Assembly: GCF_036365525.1 (NCBI RefSeq)
Contig: NC_090382.1
Span: 81,226,817 to 81,290,816 of the forward strand
Direction of reading: 5' to 3'
Source of the DNA: Heterodontus francisci
Taxonomy: Eukaryota
DNA length: 64,000 bases
Shown: positions 23,361 through 37,234 of the stretch, piece after piece
Layout of the letters: each line of letters opens with the position of its first letter
Numbering within the stretch: the stretch's first letter is position 1
Position numbers and translations under genes: made by a program
Notes under the pieces: model-generated
Told to the model about the DNA's origin: nothing
What the model saw: only the letters and a program-made list of their open reading frames with translations
Databases searched by the model: none

Positions 23361-26300
23361 CATAGAAACAAAGAAAATAGGAGCAGGAGTAGGCCATTCG
23401 GCCCTTCGAGCCTGCTCCACCATTCATTATGATCATGGCTGATCATCCAACTCAGTAACCCATTCCCGCTTTCCCCCCCATATGCTTTGATCCCTTTTGC
23501 CCAAGGGATATATCTAACTCCTTCTTGAAAACATACAATGTTTTGGCCTCAACTGCTTTCTGTGGTAGCGAATTCCACAGGCTCACCACTCTCTGGGTGA
23601 AATAATTTCTCCTCATCTCAGTCCTGAAAGGTTTACCCCATATCCTTAGACAATGACCCCTGGTTCTGGTCTCCCCCCACCATCGGGAACATCCTTTTTG
23701 CATCTACCTTGTCAAGTCCTGTTAGAATTTTATAGGATTCTATGAGATCCCCCCTCACTCTTCTGAACTCCAGCAAATATAATCCTAACCGACTCAATCT
23801 CTCCTCATACGTCAGTCCTGCCATCCCAGGAATCAGTCAGGTAAACCTTCGCTGCACTCCCTCGATAGCAAGAGCATTCTTCCTCAGATAAGGAGACCAA
23901 AACTGCACACAATATTCCAGGTGTGGCCTCACCAAGGCCCTGTATAATTCTAGCAAGACAACTCTGCTCCTGTACTCGAATCCTCTCGCCATGAAGACCA
24001 ACATACCATTTGTCTTTTATACCACCTGTTGCACCTGCATGCTTACCTTCAGCGACTGGTGCACGAGAACACCCAGGTCTCATTGCATATTCCCCTCTCT
24101 CAGTTTATAGCTGTTCAGAAATAATCTGCCTTCCTCTTTTTGCAACCAAAGTGGATAACCTCACATTTATCCACATTATACTGCATCTGCTATGCATTTT
24201 CCCACTCACTCAACTTGTCCAAATCACCCTGAAGCCTCTTTGCATCCTCCTCACAACTCACCCTCCCAACCATTTTAGTGTCATCTGCAAATTTGGAGAT
24301 ATTACATTTAGTTCCCTCATCTAAATCATTAATATATAGTGTGAAAAGCTGGGGTTCTAGCACCAATCCCTGCGATACCCCAATCGTCATTGCCTGCCAT
24401 TCGGAAAAAGACCCGTTTATTCCTACTCTTTGTTTCGTGTCTGCCAACCAATTTTCTATCCATCGCAATACACTACCCCCAATCCCATGCGCTTTAATTT
24501 TACACGCTAATCTCTTATGTGGGACTTTGTCGAAAGCCTTCTGAAAGTCCAAATAAACCACGTCCACTGGCTGTCCCTCATCAACTCTAGTTACATCCTC
24601 GAAGAATTCTAGTAGATTTGTCAAGCATGATTTCCCTTTTCTAAATCCATGCTGACTCTGTCCGATTCTACCACTGTTCTCCAAGTGCTCTGCTATAAAA
24701 TCTTTGATAATGGACTCTAGAATTTCCCCCTCTACTGACGTCAGGCTGACTGGTCTATAGAACAATGAACAAAGAACAAAGAACAGTACAGCACAGGAAC
24801 AGGCCATTCAGCCCTCCAAGCCTGCGCCGATCTTGATGCCTGCCTAAACTAAAACCTTCTGCACTTCCGGGGCCCATATCCCTCTATTCCCTTCCTATTC
24901 ATGTATTTGCCAAGATGTCTCTTAAACGTCGCTATCGTATCTGCTACCACCACCTCCCCTGGCAGCAAGTTCCAGGCACTCACCACCCTCTGTGTAAAAA
25001 ACTTGCCTCGCACATCCCCTCTAAACTTTGCCCCTCGCACCTTAAACCTATGTCCCCTAGTAACTGACTCTTCCACCCTGGGAAAAAGCTTCTGACTATC
25101 CACTCTATCCATGCCGCTCATAACTTTGTAAACCTCTATCATGTCGCCCCTCCACCTCTGTCGTTCCAGTGAAAACAATCCAAGCTTTTCCAACCTCTCC
25201 TCATAGCTAATGCCCTCCAGACCAGGCAACATCCTGGTAAACCTCCTCTGTATCCTCTCCAAAGCCTCCACGTCCTTCTGGTAGTGTGGCAACCAGAATT
25301 GCACGCAATATTCTAAGTGTGGCCTAACTAAGGTTCTGTACAGCTGCAACAAGACTTGCCAATTTCTATACTCTATGCCCCGACCGATGAAGGCAAGCAT
25401 GCCGTATGCCTTCTTGACTACCTTATCCACCTGCGTTGCCACTTTCAGTGACCTGTGGACCTGTACGCCCAGATCTCTCTGCCTGTCAATACTCCTAAGG
25501 GCTCTGCCATTTACTGTATACCTCCCACCTGCATTAGACCTTCCAAAATGCATTACCTGACATTTGTCCGGATTAAACTCCATCTGCCATTTCTCCACAC
25601 AAGTCTCCAACCGATCTATATCCTGCTGTATCCTCTGACAATCCTCATCATCCACCAACTCCACCAACCTTTGTGATGTCCGCAAACTTACTAATCAGAC
25701 CAGCTACATTTTCCTCCAAATCATTTATATATACTACAAACAGCAAAGGTCCCAGCACTGATCCCTGCGGAACACCACTAGTCACATCCCTCCATTCAGA
25801 AAAACACCCATCCACTGATACCCTCTGTCTTCTATGACCGAGCCAGTTCTGTATCCATCTTGCCAGCTCACTTCTGATCCCATGTGACTTCACCTTTTGT
25901 ACCAGTCTGCCATGCGGGACCTTGTCAAAGGCTTTACTAAAGTCCATATAGATAACATCCACTGCCCTTCCTTCATCAATCATCTTCATCACTTCCTCAA
26001 AAAACTCAATCAAATTAGTAAGACACGACCTCCCCTTCACAAAACCATGCTGTCTCTCGCTAATAAGTTCATTTGTTTCCAAATGGGAGTAAATCCTGTC
26101 CCGAATAATCCTCTCTAATAATTTCCCTACCACTGACGTAAGGCTCACCGGCCTATAATTTCCTGGATTATCCTTGCTACCCTTCTTAAACAAAGGAACA
26201 ACATTGGCTATTCTCCAGTCCTCTGGGACATCACTGCAGCCAATGAGGATGCAAAGATTTCTGTCAAGGCCCCAGCAATTTCTTCCCTTGCCTCCCTCAG

Positions 26301-27762
26301 TATTCTAGGGTAGATCCCATCAGGCCCTGGGGACTTATCTACCTTAATACTTTGCAAGACACCCAACACCTCCTCCTTTTTGATAATGAGATGACTGAGA
26401 CTATCTGCACTCCCTTCCCTAGGCTCATCATCCACCAAGTCCTTCTCTTTGGTGAATACTGATGCAAAGTACTAATTTAGCACCTCGCCCATTTCCTCTG
26501 GCTCCACACATAGATTCCCATCTCTGTCCTTGAGTGGGCCAACCCTTTCCCTGGTTACCCTCTTGCTCTTTATATATGTATAAAAAGCCTTGGGATTTTC
26601 CTTAATCCTGTTTGCCAATGACTTTTCATGACCCCTTTTAGCCCTCCTAACTCCTTGCTTAAGTTCCTTCCTACTGTCTTTATATTCCTCAAGTGCTTCA
26701 TCTGTTCCTAGCCTTCCAGCCCTTACAAATGCTTCCTTTTTCTTTTTGACTAGGCTCACAATATCCCGTGTTATCCAAGCTTCCCAAAACTTGCCAAACT
26801 TGTCTTTCTTCCTCACAGGAACATGCTGGTCCTGGATTCTAATCAGCTGACGTTTGAAAGACTCCCACATGTCAGATGATGATTTACCCTCAAACAGCCG
26901 CCCCCAATCTAAATTCTTCAGTTCCTGCCTAATATTGTTATAATTAGCCTTCCCCCAATTTAGCACCTTCACCCGAGGACTACTCTTATCCTATCCACAA
27001 GTACCTTAAAACTTATGGCATTATGGTCACTGCTCCCGAAATTATCCCCCACTGAAACTTCGACCACCTGGCCGGGCTCATTCCCCAATACCAGATCCAG
27101 AATGGCCCCATCCCTAGTTGGACTATCTACATACTGTTTCAAGAAGCCCTCCTGGATGCTCCTCACAAATTCTGCCCCATCCAAGCCCCTAGCACTAAGT
27201 GAGTCCCAGTCAATATAGGGGAAGTTAAAATAACCCACCACCACAACCCTGTTACCTTTACATCTTTCCAAAATCTGTCTACATATCTGCTCCTCTACCT
27301 CCCGCTGGCTGTTGGGAGGCTTGTAGTAAACCCCCAACACCGTGACTGCACCCTTCCTATCCCTGAGCTCCACCCATATTGCCTCGCTGCATGACCCCTC
27401 TGAGGTGTCCTCCCGCAGTACAGTGTGATATTCTCCTTAACCAGTAATGCAACTCCCCCACCCCTTTTACATCCCCCTCTATCCCGCCTGAAGCTTCTGA
27501 AGCCTGTTTTCTCTCTACCTCCCTTTTTAAATAGTGGAGTTACATTTGCTACCCTCCAATCTGTAGGAACTATTCCAGAGTCTATAGAATCTTGGAAGAT
27601 TACCACCAATGCACCCACTATTTCTCGGGCCACTTCCTTTAGTACTCTGGGATGTAGATTATCACACCCTGGGGATTTATTGGCCTTTAATCCCATCAAT
27701 TTCCCCAACACCATTTCTCTACTAATACTGATTTCCTTCAGTTCTTCCCTCTCACTGAACAC
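23361..27762 (-). mobile_element. 5'-truncated CR1 LINE (pieces 23361-24759 and 27502-27762)
   Basis: RT motifs (QHGFRKGKSCLTNL; LDFQKAFDKVPH; KFADDTK) and an AACATAGAAAC-type tail at 23360. The sequence is continuous across the nested element when compared with 16420-16480. Confidence 0.9.
24760..27501 (-). mobile_element. Younger 5'-truncated HER1/CR1 LINE (APE C-terminal half, RT, 3' UTR)
   Basis: ORF fragments 26969-27373 (APE: ILDLVLGNE, SDH), 25648-26193 (RT: GVPQGSVLGP, KFAD) and 24849-25685. (AACAAAG)n tail at 24760-24784. Confidence 0.93.
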
Positions 27763-28149
27763 TTAAGCAATAAGAGAGAACTTAAAACTATAATGGAAGA
27801 TGTCTATGGGCCTCCTGAGAGCAGAAATGAAGTGACAGAATATATTAGTTCAGATATGAGAGAGGTTTGTGGAAAGCGCAGTGTTGTTTTAATGGGTGGC
27901 TTTCCTTCCCACCTCGATTGGGAAGGGCAGAGCAGCTCCAGTCATTAAGGTATTAAATTTCTTGAGTGCATTGAAAATTGTTTTCTGGAGCAATATTTTC
28001 TAGAACCAACAAGAGGGCAGGTCATTCCAGATTTAGTCATGAATAACGAGCCAGCCTTAATCGTTAATCTAACAGTAAGGGAACATTTATCTAACAGTGA
28101 TCATAATATGATCAGATTCAATGTTAGGTTTAAAAAGAGAAACTATGAC

Positions 28150-28800
28150 TGTTGTGATCAAGTAAGCTGTAAGCTGTGGGGAAATGAAGGCTGCAGTAGA
28201 GCTGAAAGTAGCAGGATGCCGAACTAATGTGTAATATGGGGTAGTGATTGTAGGACAGAGAAGGGAAACAGTGAGGGAGTGTTGTGAGTTATGTGGCTGT
28301 AGGTGGTGCAGGTGTAAGGAGAGAGTAATTGAGCTGAAAGGTAGGAATCTTACCTTGACAGCTCTGTTGAGGTCAATTAACTTTTTCAGCATTGTAGCAA
28401 TGTCCTGGGAGCATTGACGTCCCCAGCTAGCTCTTCCCACTAGTGTCAGAGGTATTGTCTGGAGGGCTTTCTGCCACCTGAGAGAACAGGCTGTATCAAT
28501 TCCTGACCACCACTTGGACTAGGACTTCCAAATCACATATATTCCTCCTGTCTGCAGCCAGAGTGCTACTGCCCTTTAAATGACATAAGAGGGCCCCAAT
28601 ATCCGGCACCCCTCCCTCTCAAATGGGCACACAGTCAATAAGAAGTGCGGGTAGTGCCAACTGCATGTGTGTCTCTTTTTTTTATAATGAGTTTGCAGCA
28701 AAGATTTCATGTGGTCCCTCTGCCCATGTGAACGGGCACATTCTACGCATGCCCCATCCCTTGCCCCCATTTTTAGGGGCAAGGGAAGGTCAAGACCTAT
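28150..28800 (-). mobile_element. Possible decayed Harbinger Myb/SANT-gene remnant
   Basis: Minus strand gives KKLIDLNRAVK followed by GTAAG at about 28345-28392, resembling the K.FNDL end of Harbinger Myb/SANT exons. Heavily decayed. Confidence 0.35.
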
Positions 28801-31412
28801 AACAACTGATTCAAGACATGTGACATGTGATATGCTCAGCATATCACTTGTGGATCCTGAATCTCACATACAGCTCATATATTTTTAGTACATGTCCTGA
28901 CCAATTCCACATTCCCATGTTTTTGTGCACAGGGATTGCACTGTGGAAATTGTGGGGTGTTGCCCAAAATTTCCTGCTCACTAAGACTAATGGAAGGAAA
29001 CCACCAGGCTGTGCACCAACAATTATATCTTATCCACGCCAATCAAACTCCAGTTCTAGCTGGGAGCATGGTAGCTTCAAACTGGCCCTATGGTATATAT
29101 GAGCTGAGCCTTCTGCTTTAATTTTGTGTTTATCATGGTAAATACTGGATAGAATTAGATAATGAAGCAGTTCCCAGGCTTTAGATCAAAGGAGTAATTT
29201 TCTCACTTTGCATTCCAAGGGGCTAGGCTTGCCTTTCGGTGTCAGCATCAAACACTCTCAAGTCAGACACTACACAGGTCACTTGCAGTTTAGAGCTCCC
29301 TCTACACTTCTCCACTAATTAACCTTAAGCCTAGATTCAAAATGGCTCTATCCAATTGCATATATGTCACTTTCCATGTTAGTCATCCAAACAATACTCG
29401 AGTTAATTTGCTCAGTTACAAATTATAGCTAGTTTCATGTTATGTACTTGCATCCTCCATTAGCTGAACTGAAGCTGCTTCAACGAATCTCATCTAGGAT
29501 TCTTAATAGCCATTAGATGGAGGGAAGAACTCCAGAGTGAAGAATCCCAATTTACCAGTTCGGGCTGAATTCAGATACAGATCCCAAAGGTAAAGTGATA
29601 GTTTTCTCACCCTGGTGTTACAGTTAGTTATTTTTATAATCCTAAAGAGGGACAGATTTGTATATTTGTGGTCTCATTTTATTTTGCAGTGGAGACTTGT
29701 AAAATGATTATAATTATATGTATGATTCATTAGATTATAATTTGGCTTTCAGCTGTAGTTGTGCTTCACCCTCCCTCCTGTTAAATATGACTTCCACCTC
29801 TTTAAAAATTACTTAAAGATAGGAGTATCACCGACTGTGCTCAGCAGTTGTAACTGGTTGATGTAGTTGGTGTGGTAGTCCCCACATGCCAAGTATTGAG
29901 TATTGATATCTAATAAACATCCTAATTTTTGTACAGTTAAATGCAAATGATCTGCTCTGTTGTGGATTCAAACTCTCTATACTTTCTGCAAGTTTCATCA
30001 GGCAGTTGCTAGGTAAGATCTTAAGGGATTTTAAAGAAGAATAACAAAAAAAATTGTGATTTAAAAATAACAAACCAACTATGTCAGTGGAAAATAAATG
30101 TACACGTTTTCACTAAAACCTGTATTGCAGAGCAGTGATTTGTGATCAGTGACACAGCTTAATAAACCACATGGATGGTTGGGTGTACAATAAATATTTC
30201 TCAAGTGACATTTATTTATACAGTGCAATAATGTGAATTTACACATGATTGAGATGTACAGGTCCTCCAAATAAATAACATACTCATACTGAGAGAGCAG
30301 GATTGATTTTCCAATTTGAAAAAACATTATTAACTAATATACTTTGATTCACAAATGAGTGCATATAGTTTTAACATGGTACTCTTCTGAAGGAATAATG
30401 TACCTCTCGATATAGTAATCTGTATATTTCAGTTTAACAGCATGAAGTTCTGTTGGTAGGTAACTCATTAAAATTTTCTGTAATATCCAGTGACATTTCA
30501 TCAGGCATTGAGTTTCAGATTATTCGAGTGAGCATAAGATCCAGTCAGGATCAAAATGACATATTACAAGCCTTCTACAGTTCAATAAGCCTGGGAATCA
30601 TATTTTTGCCAATCTAAGACAATAAAGGTATCTTGCTTCTGCAGGAATATTTTTCTACTTTGACTCATTTCTCCAGCAATTCCAGAACAGCTTAATATGT
30701 GCCAATCTAGAACACTAACAAGATATGATTACAGTTCAGTAAAGCTGAACACCCATGTTCCCACCAGCCCCCAACCTGTCCCCCGCAAAAAGTTGACAAC
30801 TCAAGAATGGCTCATGGCATGTGAAAATAAGTTTGTTACATGATTTCTAACCTGAACTGGGCTGGAGAAGGAAAAGTGTTCAAGGTTAAACTGAGGGAGA
30901 GTGCTGATAAGAACTGGAAGAATTTGGGTTTGGTTTATTTGTAACAAGTGGGTTGGATCAAATTTCTGATTGGTCCACTTGGTGGACAAGCCACACCCAA
31001 AATTTTGTTAGGAATGTATAATTTGATTCCGTCATTGTCAGGCAGGCGGGCTACAGAGTTCAGAATCCCACTATGATTGTCCAATATAGCTGAGGAAGGT
31101 GCAAATTGTATGAAAACAGAAATATGGTAGAACGTGGTTGGCTTTTGGTGCTATCACGTGTTCTGCAGTTGTAATTATAGTTGTCCTTGCTGGTAAAATA
31201 AAAGAGTTTACATTCTAATTAGTGACTTAGTTATTTCTTTGGAGTTCTAGATATTTTTCCTTCTGAAAGTAATAAAAATACCCTTAATTCAGAAGTAAGG
31301 GACCAAGATGATGGCTACAACTTTAAGGCAGCAACTTTCATTAAAATGGAAATAGAAAACAAGGGAAGCCAGTAGAGATTTACCTGCCAATAAACCAATG
31401 GGTCCATGGGTG

Positions 31413-33701
31413 CAGAGTCGTGTAATTGCTTGCAAGATGTATCAATCCTTCTGCGCCTGCAGACACATAGATGGATGTGAAGACCATCTGAGGAGCCTGA
31501 AAGTTGTTTTTGGGCTGTGCATGTTGTTATGACTGAGGTAGGAGAAGTGCACTGTTTTTCTAGTTCCACTTCTCCACAGGTTGCAACTTATATTTAAATT
31601 TTTTCCCAGTTACTAATACGGTCAATCATAGACTCATAAAATACACCAATCAGGTTTCTTTAATAACATTATCAGTTTATTATAAAAACAAGTCTTAATC
31701 AGTAACGATACAAAGCATTAACACACATACTGAAATATAAAAGTTCCCTTTTTACCTTCACCCCTCACACACACCAGTTAACTGAAAAAATAAAGAGATT
31801 TACTTGTTAGAGCTCTACTACAAAAAAAAAGACAAAAAGAATACTTTGGCCAGATACTTTATAATTCTTGAAGAAAAAAAGAGAAGATGTGGAAAGATGT
31901 CAGATGTCCTTTGTTTTAGTTTGGCATCCCAAGTAAGCATAGACAGCTGTCACTGGGATTTTCCTAGAACAGTTCTTGTCTGGCAATGTTGAAGATCAGT
32001 TTGGGCAGGCTTTCCAGGAAAAATGCAGCAACAGGGGTTTCAGGCAGTTTCTTACACTTGCTTCTCAGAGCTTCTGAAAGAGATGGAAAACCGGCAGGCT
32101 TTTCAAAGAGCAGGAACAGGTTGAGTTGGGGCTTGTCCTTGGCAGGTTGTTTCTTTAAATTCCTTTTCTTGTCCATATCCCAACTGCCTGTCCAAAGTGA
32201 AACAAAAACATCTCAGGAATCAAGTCTCCTGACCCCTATAAATCTTGACCTGCAACTTCACTGTAAACATCTTTCCCCAAGTCAAAAAAAAAACCCTGCT
32301 TGGTATTAGTTGAAAACTGGTGCCTTCCAGTAACTGGTGTTTACAAGCTCAGCCCAAAAGACCTTCTGATGACCTCTTTTTAAAATAAAACTTCTAGCAT
32401 CTATGGAATTTCTTTTTCAATTTTTAAACACAAATCTTCATAATTTAACAAAAAAAATGGAAACACTCAAAATAATGTACAGTTGATCGGTCACGTACTC
32501 TGGAAAGCTGACTAAAGAGGACACCAGAAGTGGGGCCTGCGAAGCATGTTGCCTTGCTGAGCATGGAGCCTGAAGTTGTCTTGCTGCCTATTTTGTTTGG
32601 AGCTTGGAACCTGGAGCATGAAGCTGCTTGCTGCCTGCCTTGCCTGGAGCATGAAGCTGTTTGCTACCTGAGGCATATGGAGCTGGGGCCTGAAGTTTCT
32701 GTGGTTGTGCTAGTTTTTGAAGTTACTGACTGCTTGAATCTTGGTACCTTTAGCTCTGCTGTGCTTTGTAATTAACCTCAATAGTAATTTGTAATGTTGT
32801 AGAATGCTGCTTTAATCATTAACCTCAATAGTAATTAGTAGAAGTGTTGCGAGAGATCTAACTTTGTGCTTATGTTGTGGATTGATTGCTGATTTTATCA
32901 CAGTTGTATTTTGTGAGTTCATAGTAGTTGCATGCTAACCTCAGTAGTAATCTGTGGTAGCTACTAGTACAGCTGGTGTGTTGTTTGTTTGCAATTTGTA
33001 GTGCTACACATGAGTCAATTGTGGATTGATTGTTGCTTTAATCACAGTAGTGTAGCTATTAGGAAGCCACAAATCTCTACTGTGATTAAAGCAGCATTCA
33101 ATTCACAATGGATTCATGTGTAGTACTACAAATTGCAAACAACTCACCAACTATATTAGTAGCTAACATGGATTACTATTGAAGTTAACATGAAACTACT
33201 ATGAGCTCACAAAATATGACTATGATTAAAGCAGCAATCAATCCACAATTTAAGCACAAACATTGATTTATAGCAGCACAACCTCAGTAGTAATTCGTAG
33301 TGTTGTAGATTCCTGCTTTAATTGTTTACTACAAATTACTGTTAAGGTTAATGGTTAAAGAAGTGATCTACAACACTATGAATTACTATTGAGGTTAACT
33401 ACAAAGCAACGCACAGACAAAGGCACCAAGTTCCAAGCAATTTCAGAGACCAGCACATTCGCAGTGACTTCAGACTCCACATGCTTCAGGGTCCAGGCAA
33501 GGTAGCTTCAGGCTCAGGCATGGCATGGCAACATACTTCGGCAGGCCCAACTTCCGGTTTCCCCCTCCAGTTGGCTCTCCATAGTCTAGTGTGGGCATGA
33601 CTGATCAAGTGCACATGCGCAGTTCCAAAACGGCTTTCAGGCTCCCCCAGATGGATGTGCATATGCAGAAGGACTGATCCACCTTGCAAGTAATCACTCT
33701 G
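31413..33701. repeat. Foldback (long inverted-repeat) element of about 1.3 kb, interrupted by a solo LTR
   Basis: 31413-31524 plus 32479-33050 is the imperfect reverse complement of 33077-33701. The centre is ATCACAGTAG...CTACTGTGAT at 33041-33086. Confidence 0.85.
31525..32474 (-). mobile_element. Solo LTR related to the Gmr1-type LTR at 58958-59912
   Basis: Left end TGTTATGACTGAGGTAGGAGAAGTGCACTG resembles the reverse complement of 59870-59912. A 4-bp TSD ATGT lies at 31521-31524 and 32475-32478. Confidence 0.75.
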
Positions 33702-33989
33702 GAGAGGGCTGAAGAGGCAAGAATGTCTCTGTGAATAAGGTGAAATATATATGTTGAAGGCACAAAGTTGGTACCTGCATTTCTTGAGCAGGTTCAAAAG
33801 CATGAAGCTGCATAATATTTTAAGTCAGCACCTGTTGATTTCTACCCAAGTAAAATTAGGGGTTTAGATTTAGAAGCTAACAGCACACTGGCCAAATTCA
33901 CGAGCACTAACAAACTAGAAGGAACAGATTAATCCAACCCACCAACAATTAGACAAAAAACTTAAGTGGACAGAAAATATAAGTGCCAG

Positions 33990-34500
33990 GAAGGATTTAC
34001 TTGCCAGAGAGAGAATGCAATGAAGGTTCACCAGACTGATCCCTAGGATGGCGGGATTGTTCTATGAGGAGAAATTCAGGAGAATTGCCCTGTATTCTCT
34101 AGAGTTTAGAAGAATGAGAGGTGATCTCATTGAAGCATGCAAAATTCTTACAGTGCTCGACAGGGTAGATGCAGGAAGGATATTTCCCCTGGCTTGGGGC
34201 TCTAGAACCAGGGGACACAGTCTCGGAATAAGAGGTCAGCCACTTAGGACTGAGATGAGGAGGAACTTCTTCATTCAGAGGGTGGTGAATCTTTGGAATT
34301 CTCTATCAAAGAGGGCTGTGGAGACTCAGTCATTGAGTATATTCAAGACAGACTGATAGATTTCTAAACATTAAAGATGCGGGGATATTGTGGGAAAATG
34401 GCATTGAGGTAGAAGATCAGCCATGATCTAACTGAATAGCAGAGCAGGCTCGATGGGCCAAATGGCCTACTCCTACTCCTGCTCCTATTTCCTATGTTCC
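33990..34500 (+). mobile_element. CR1 3' fragment
   Basis: ORF 34048-34356 (YSLEFRRMRGDLIE..RTRGHSL..NFFIQRVVNLWNSL) and a tail CCTATTTCCTATGTTCC. Confidence 0.88.
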
Positions 34501-34574
34501 CATTAATACAGCCAAGTGTAAAGTCCTACACATAACAGAAAATAGTAATATAGGCTAGCAGAAAATAGTAATAT

Positions 34575-35316
34575 AGGCTAGAATTTTACGGTGGATGGAT
34601 GGGAGCCGGACTTCGACGTGAAAGTCATGGTGAACCCGCTTCCGCCTAGCCCGGGATCCATCCCATATTTTACAGCTCCCCAAGCTTTAATTGTCCTGAG
34701 GCAGGACTTCCACCCACTTGAGGGAGGAGGTCCCGCCTCAGTGAGCTGCCGGCCAATCAGCGGGCCGGCAGCTGTTAGTCCAGCAGTGCCACCGGGAGCG
34801 GTGGCCACTGCTGGGACTGCAGCCCAGCTGGCGCCATGAATCGAGGAGGGAAAGTAAGTAGGGGCATGCCTCACCAGTGGGATCGGTCCTTCCCTGGTGA
34901 GGCTGGAGTGGTCGTTTGGGAGGAGGGGTGTCTTGGGTCCCCGGGGTGGGTTGGGAAGTGGGGGCGGCCCTCAATCGGGAACTCTTTGCCCGACTGCCAT
35001 GACCCCCCCCGCCCCCTCCCGGGGCGCAGAAAGAACAGCAGCTATCACTGGACGGCCTTTCACGTGCCCAGCACACCCGCTTGCCATGGGTAAAATACCC
35101 ATGGAGGCAGGCAAGGGCCCTTAAGTGACGGTTAAGTAGCCACTTAGGGGACTTGATTTGCCTCAGGTGGGCGGGCCATTTCCCACCCACCACCCAACAC
35201 TGTAAACTTGTCCGGAGGTGGAAACGGGGCTGGTAGGCCTCCCGGAGCCTGCCACTCAATTTTATGCCGCCCCCACGCCACCATCCAACCTGCTGGGGTG
35301 GCGTAACATTCTGCCC
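34575..35316. mobile_element. GC-rich MITE (Harbinger-type TIRs)
   Basis: Ends GGCTAGAATTTTACG / CGTAACATTCTGCCC. A homologue in the opposite orientation lies at 55672-56401. Confidence 0.75.
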
Positions 35317-35329
35317 ATAGTAACAGTTT

Positions 35330-36530
35330 CAAGCTGGAGAAGATCTTTGGTCCATCTAGCCCAACTAGTCACAGTTTTTAGAATGCACCATAGGAATACA
35401 AGAACCCCATTTGTTGAGAAAAACCTGTCCAATCCCTTTTGAAAACCATTGAGATTTCTTGGTCCACCACCCATTCTGCTAATCTGTTCCATATATTTGC
35501 CTTCCTTCTAGCAAAAAAAAATTCTCCTGCAATTCATTGTTTCTTTTGTCTTTAATTTTTAAATATGGATCCTTGTTCTGCACACAACAAAAAAGTTTGG
35601 ATCCAATGTGTCCAAACGTCTTTATTTTAGACATTTTTATTAGATCTCCACTCAGTCTTCTCTTTTGAAGAGAGAAAAGCTCACCTTACCCTTGAATTCT
35701 GCAATCAACCGTGTAGCTCTTTTCTGTACCCTCTCCAATAACTGAATATGCCTTTTGAAATAGGAAGACCAAAACTACACGCTGTGCCCAAAGTCTGGTC
35801 CCACCAGGACCAAGTCAAGTTTTAAAATGACCTTTCTGGATTTACATTTTATAAGCCGTGGTATGCAAGTCAACATCCTGCTTGATTTTAACTGATGGTT
35901 TCAGTAACCTGTCCACACAAATTGTGTCCTAATAGCTGCAGATGTTATTAGGCTAAGTGCTCCACAGATCCAAAGACCTGCAGTGCAGTAATCAACAAAG
36001 CAAATAGAAATCTGGACTATAACCAAAACAGTAGAATACCAGCTAGAGGTAGTCATGTTGTGAAACTACAGCTTTAGTATTGTTTCAATGCCTGGTCATT
36101 GAGACACAAGGAAGACACTGGAGCACTGGAAGTGGTGCAGAAAAAATCCATGGAACAGATCTATCTCTTGAAAGGGCTGAATTATGAGGAAAGACTAAGA
36201 AACTTGAACCCCCTAGCCTTGAAAGGAAGCAACGAAGAACTAGCTTTTTAGAAATATATAAGATAGCAAATGGTAATAGAAAAAGTTAGATCTGGAACAC
36301 TGCTTCAAATTTAACTGTGACAGCAAAAGAAAGGGACATAGGTTCAAACCAGTAAAAGACAAAATTAGGGCTGATTTCAGGAACTTCTTCACATTAAGAG
36401 TGATCAGTGTGTGGAATTGATTTCTGGGTTGGATAGTGGAAGCAAGTAATCAAGAATGAATCTAGAAAAAGTTGGTTGATGTCTTTGGGATGGATGGGCC
36501 CTAACATCTCTATTTCTGCTATGACTTGTA
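35330..36530. mobile_element. Very old CR1 3' fragments in both orientations
   Basis: Minus-strand LVGPDFGHSV.FWS-like sequence near 35760-35810. Plus-strand YEERL..L..LERKQ and GHRFK..FFTLRVISVWN-like sequence at 36180-36420. Confidence 0.55.
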
Positions 36531-37234
36531 TCCCTGAAACTAGCAAAGTAACCAAGCAGAAAGTGTTATATTGTACTGTTCATCTTTATGTCATATTGGC
36601 AGGGAGAGGTTTTTAAAAACTTTTATTTCTACTGTCAGCAATTTTGCATCCAATGCAATATTAGATACAATAAATATTAAAGCTTGGTATTAAAACAAGT
36701 TAATGCATTGCAAAACAGTACTGTTATACTCTGGTTAGTGTTGACATATCTATTGCTTGTAATCATTTCTACTCCTTTGGGGTAGAAATAAAGTTTTGCT
36801 TCATAAACTATGGACTGGGAGAAGTCAGGAGGGAAAAAGTCCATCAATATTAGGGTAGAAATAATTTACTGTTAGTACTGAATGAAATGTAAGTATCAAA
36901 ATAAGTGTTTTTTTCCCATAACTGGTTTAGGCATACTGGGCGGGATTTGAATTCCAGGGTCAGGACCCTGTCATTGCATTCATTGCCAGGTTCCGACCAA
37001 GCACTGCAGCAGCAATGCTTATGCGTTGCCATTTTAATTGAAAATACAGTTAATTGGCCCAGAGTTACGTTCACTGCCCAATTAGTGGCGGCAGGCACAG
37101 GAAGGAGGTGGGGCACAGGGAGCAGCGGGCCCGATTTAAAGGATGAGCAGCAGCCATTGGTGCGGTAGCCATTCATCTCAATGGTGGAAGGGGAAGCAGA
37201 GCAGAGGGCAGTGTGTAGGGAGGGTCCCTGTGCT

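Larger units (their letters stand above)
22590..28140 (+). mobile_element. Old CR1 ORF1-end/ORF2-APE fragment (pieces about 22590-23360 and 27765-28140) split by nested CR1s
   Basis: VNTWLKEW..FMGHWHQYWDRREL (esterase end); YTNA.SIRN..VAINETWL (APE start); EPTRG..DLVM.NE..EHLSNSDHNMI (APE end). Confidence 0.7.

Noticed and set aside
34578-35492. Cluster of overlapping GC-rich ORFs (also 55506-56288)
   Set aside because: They arise from stop-poor GC-rich MITE sequence and show no protein motifs.
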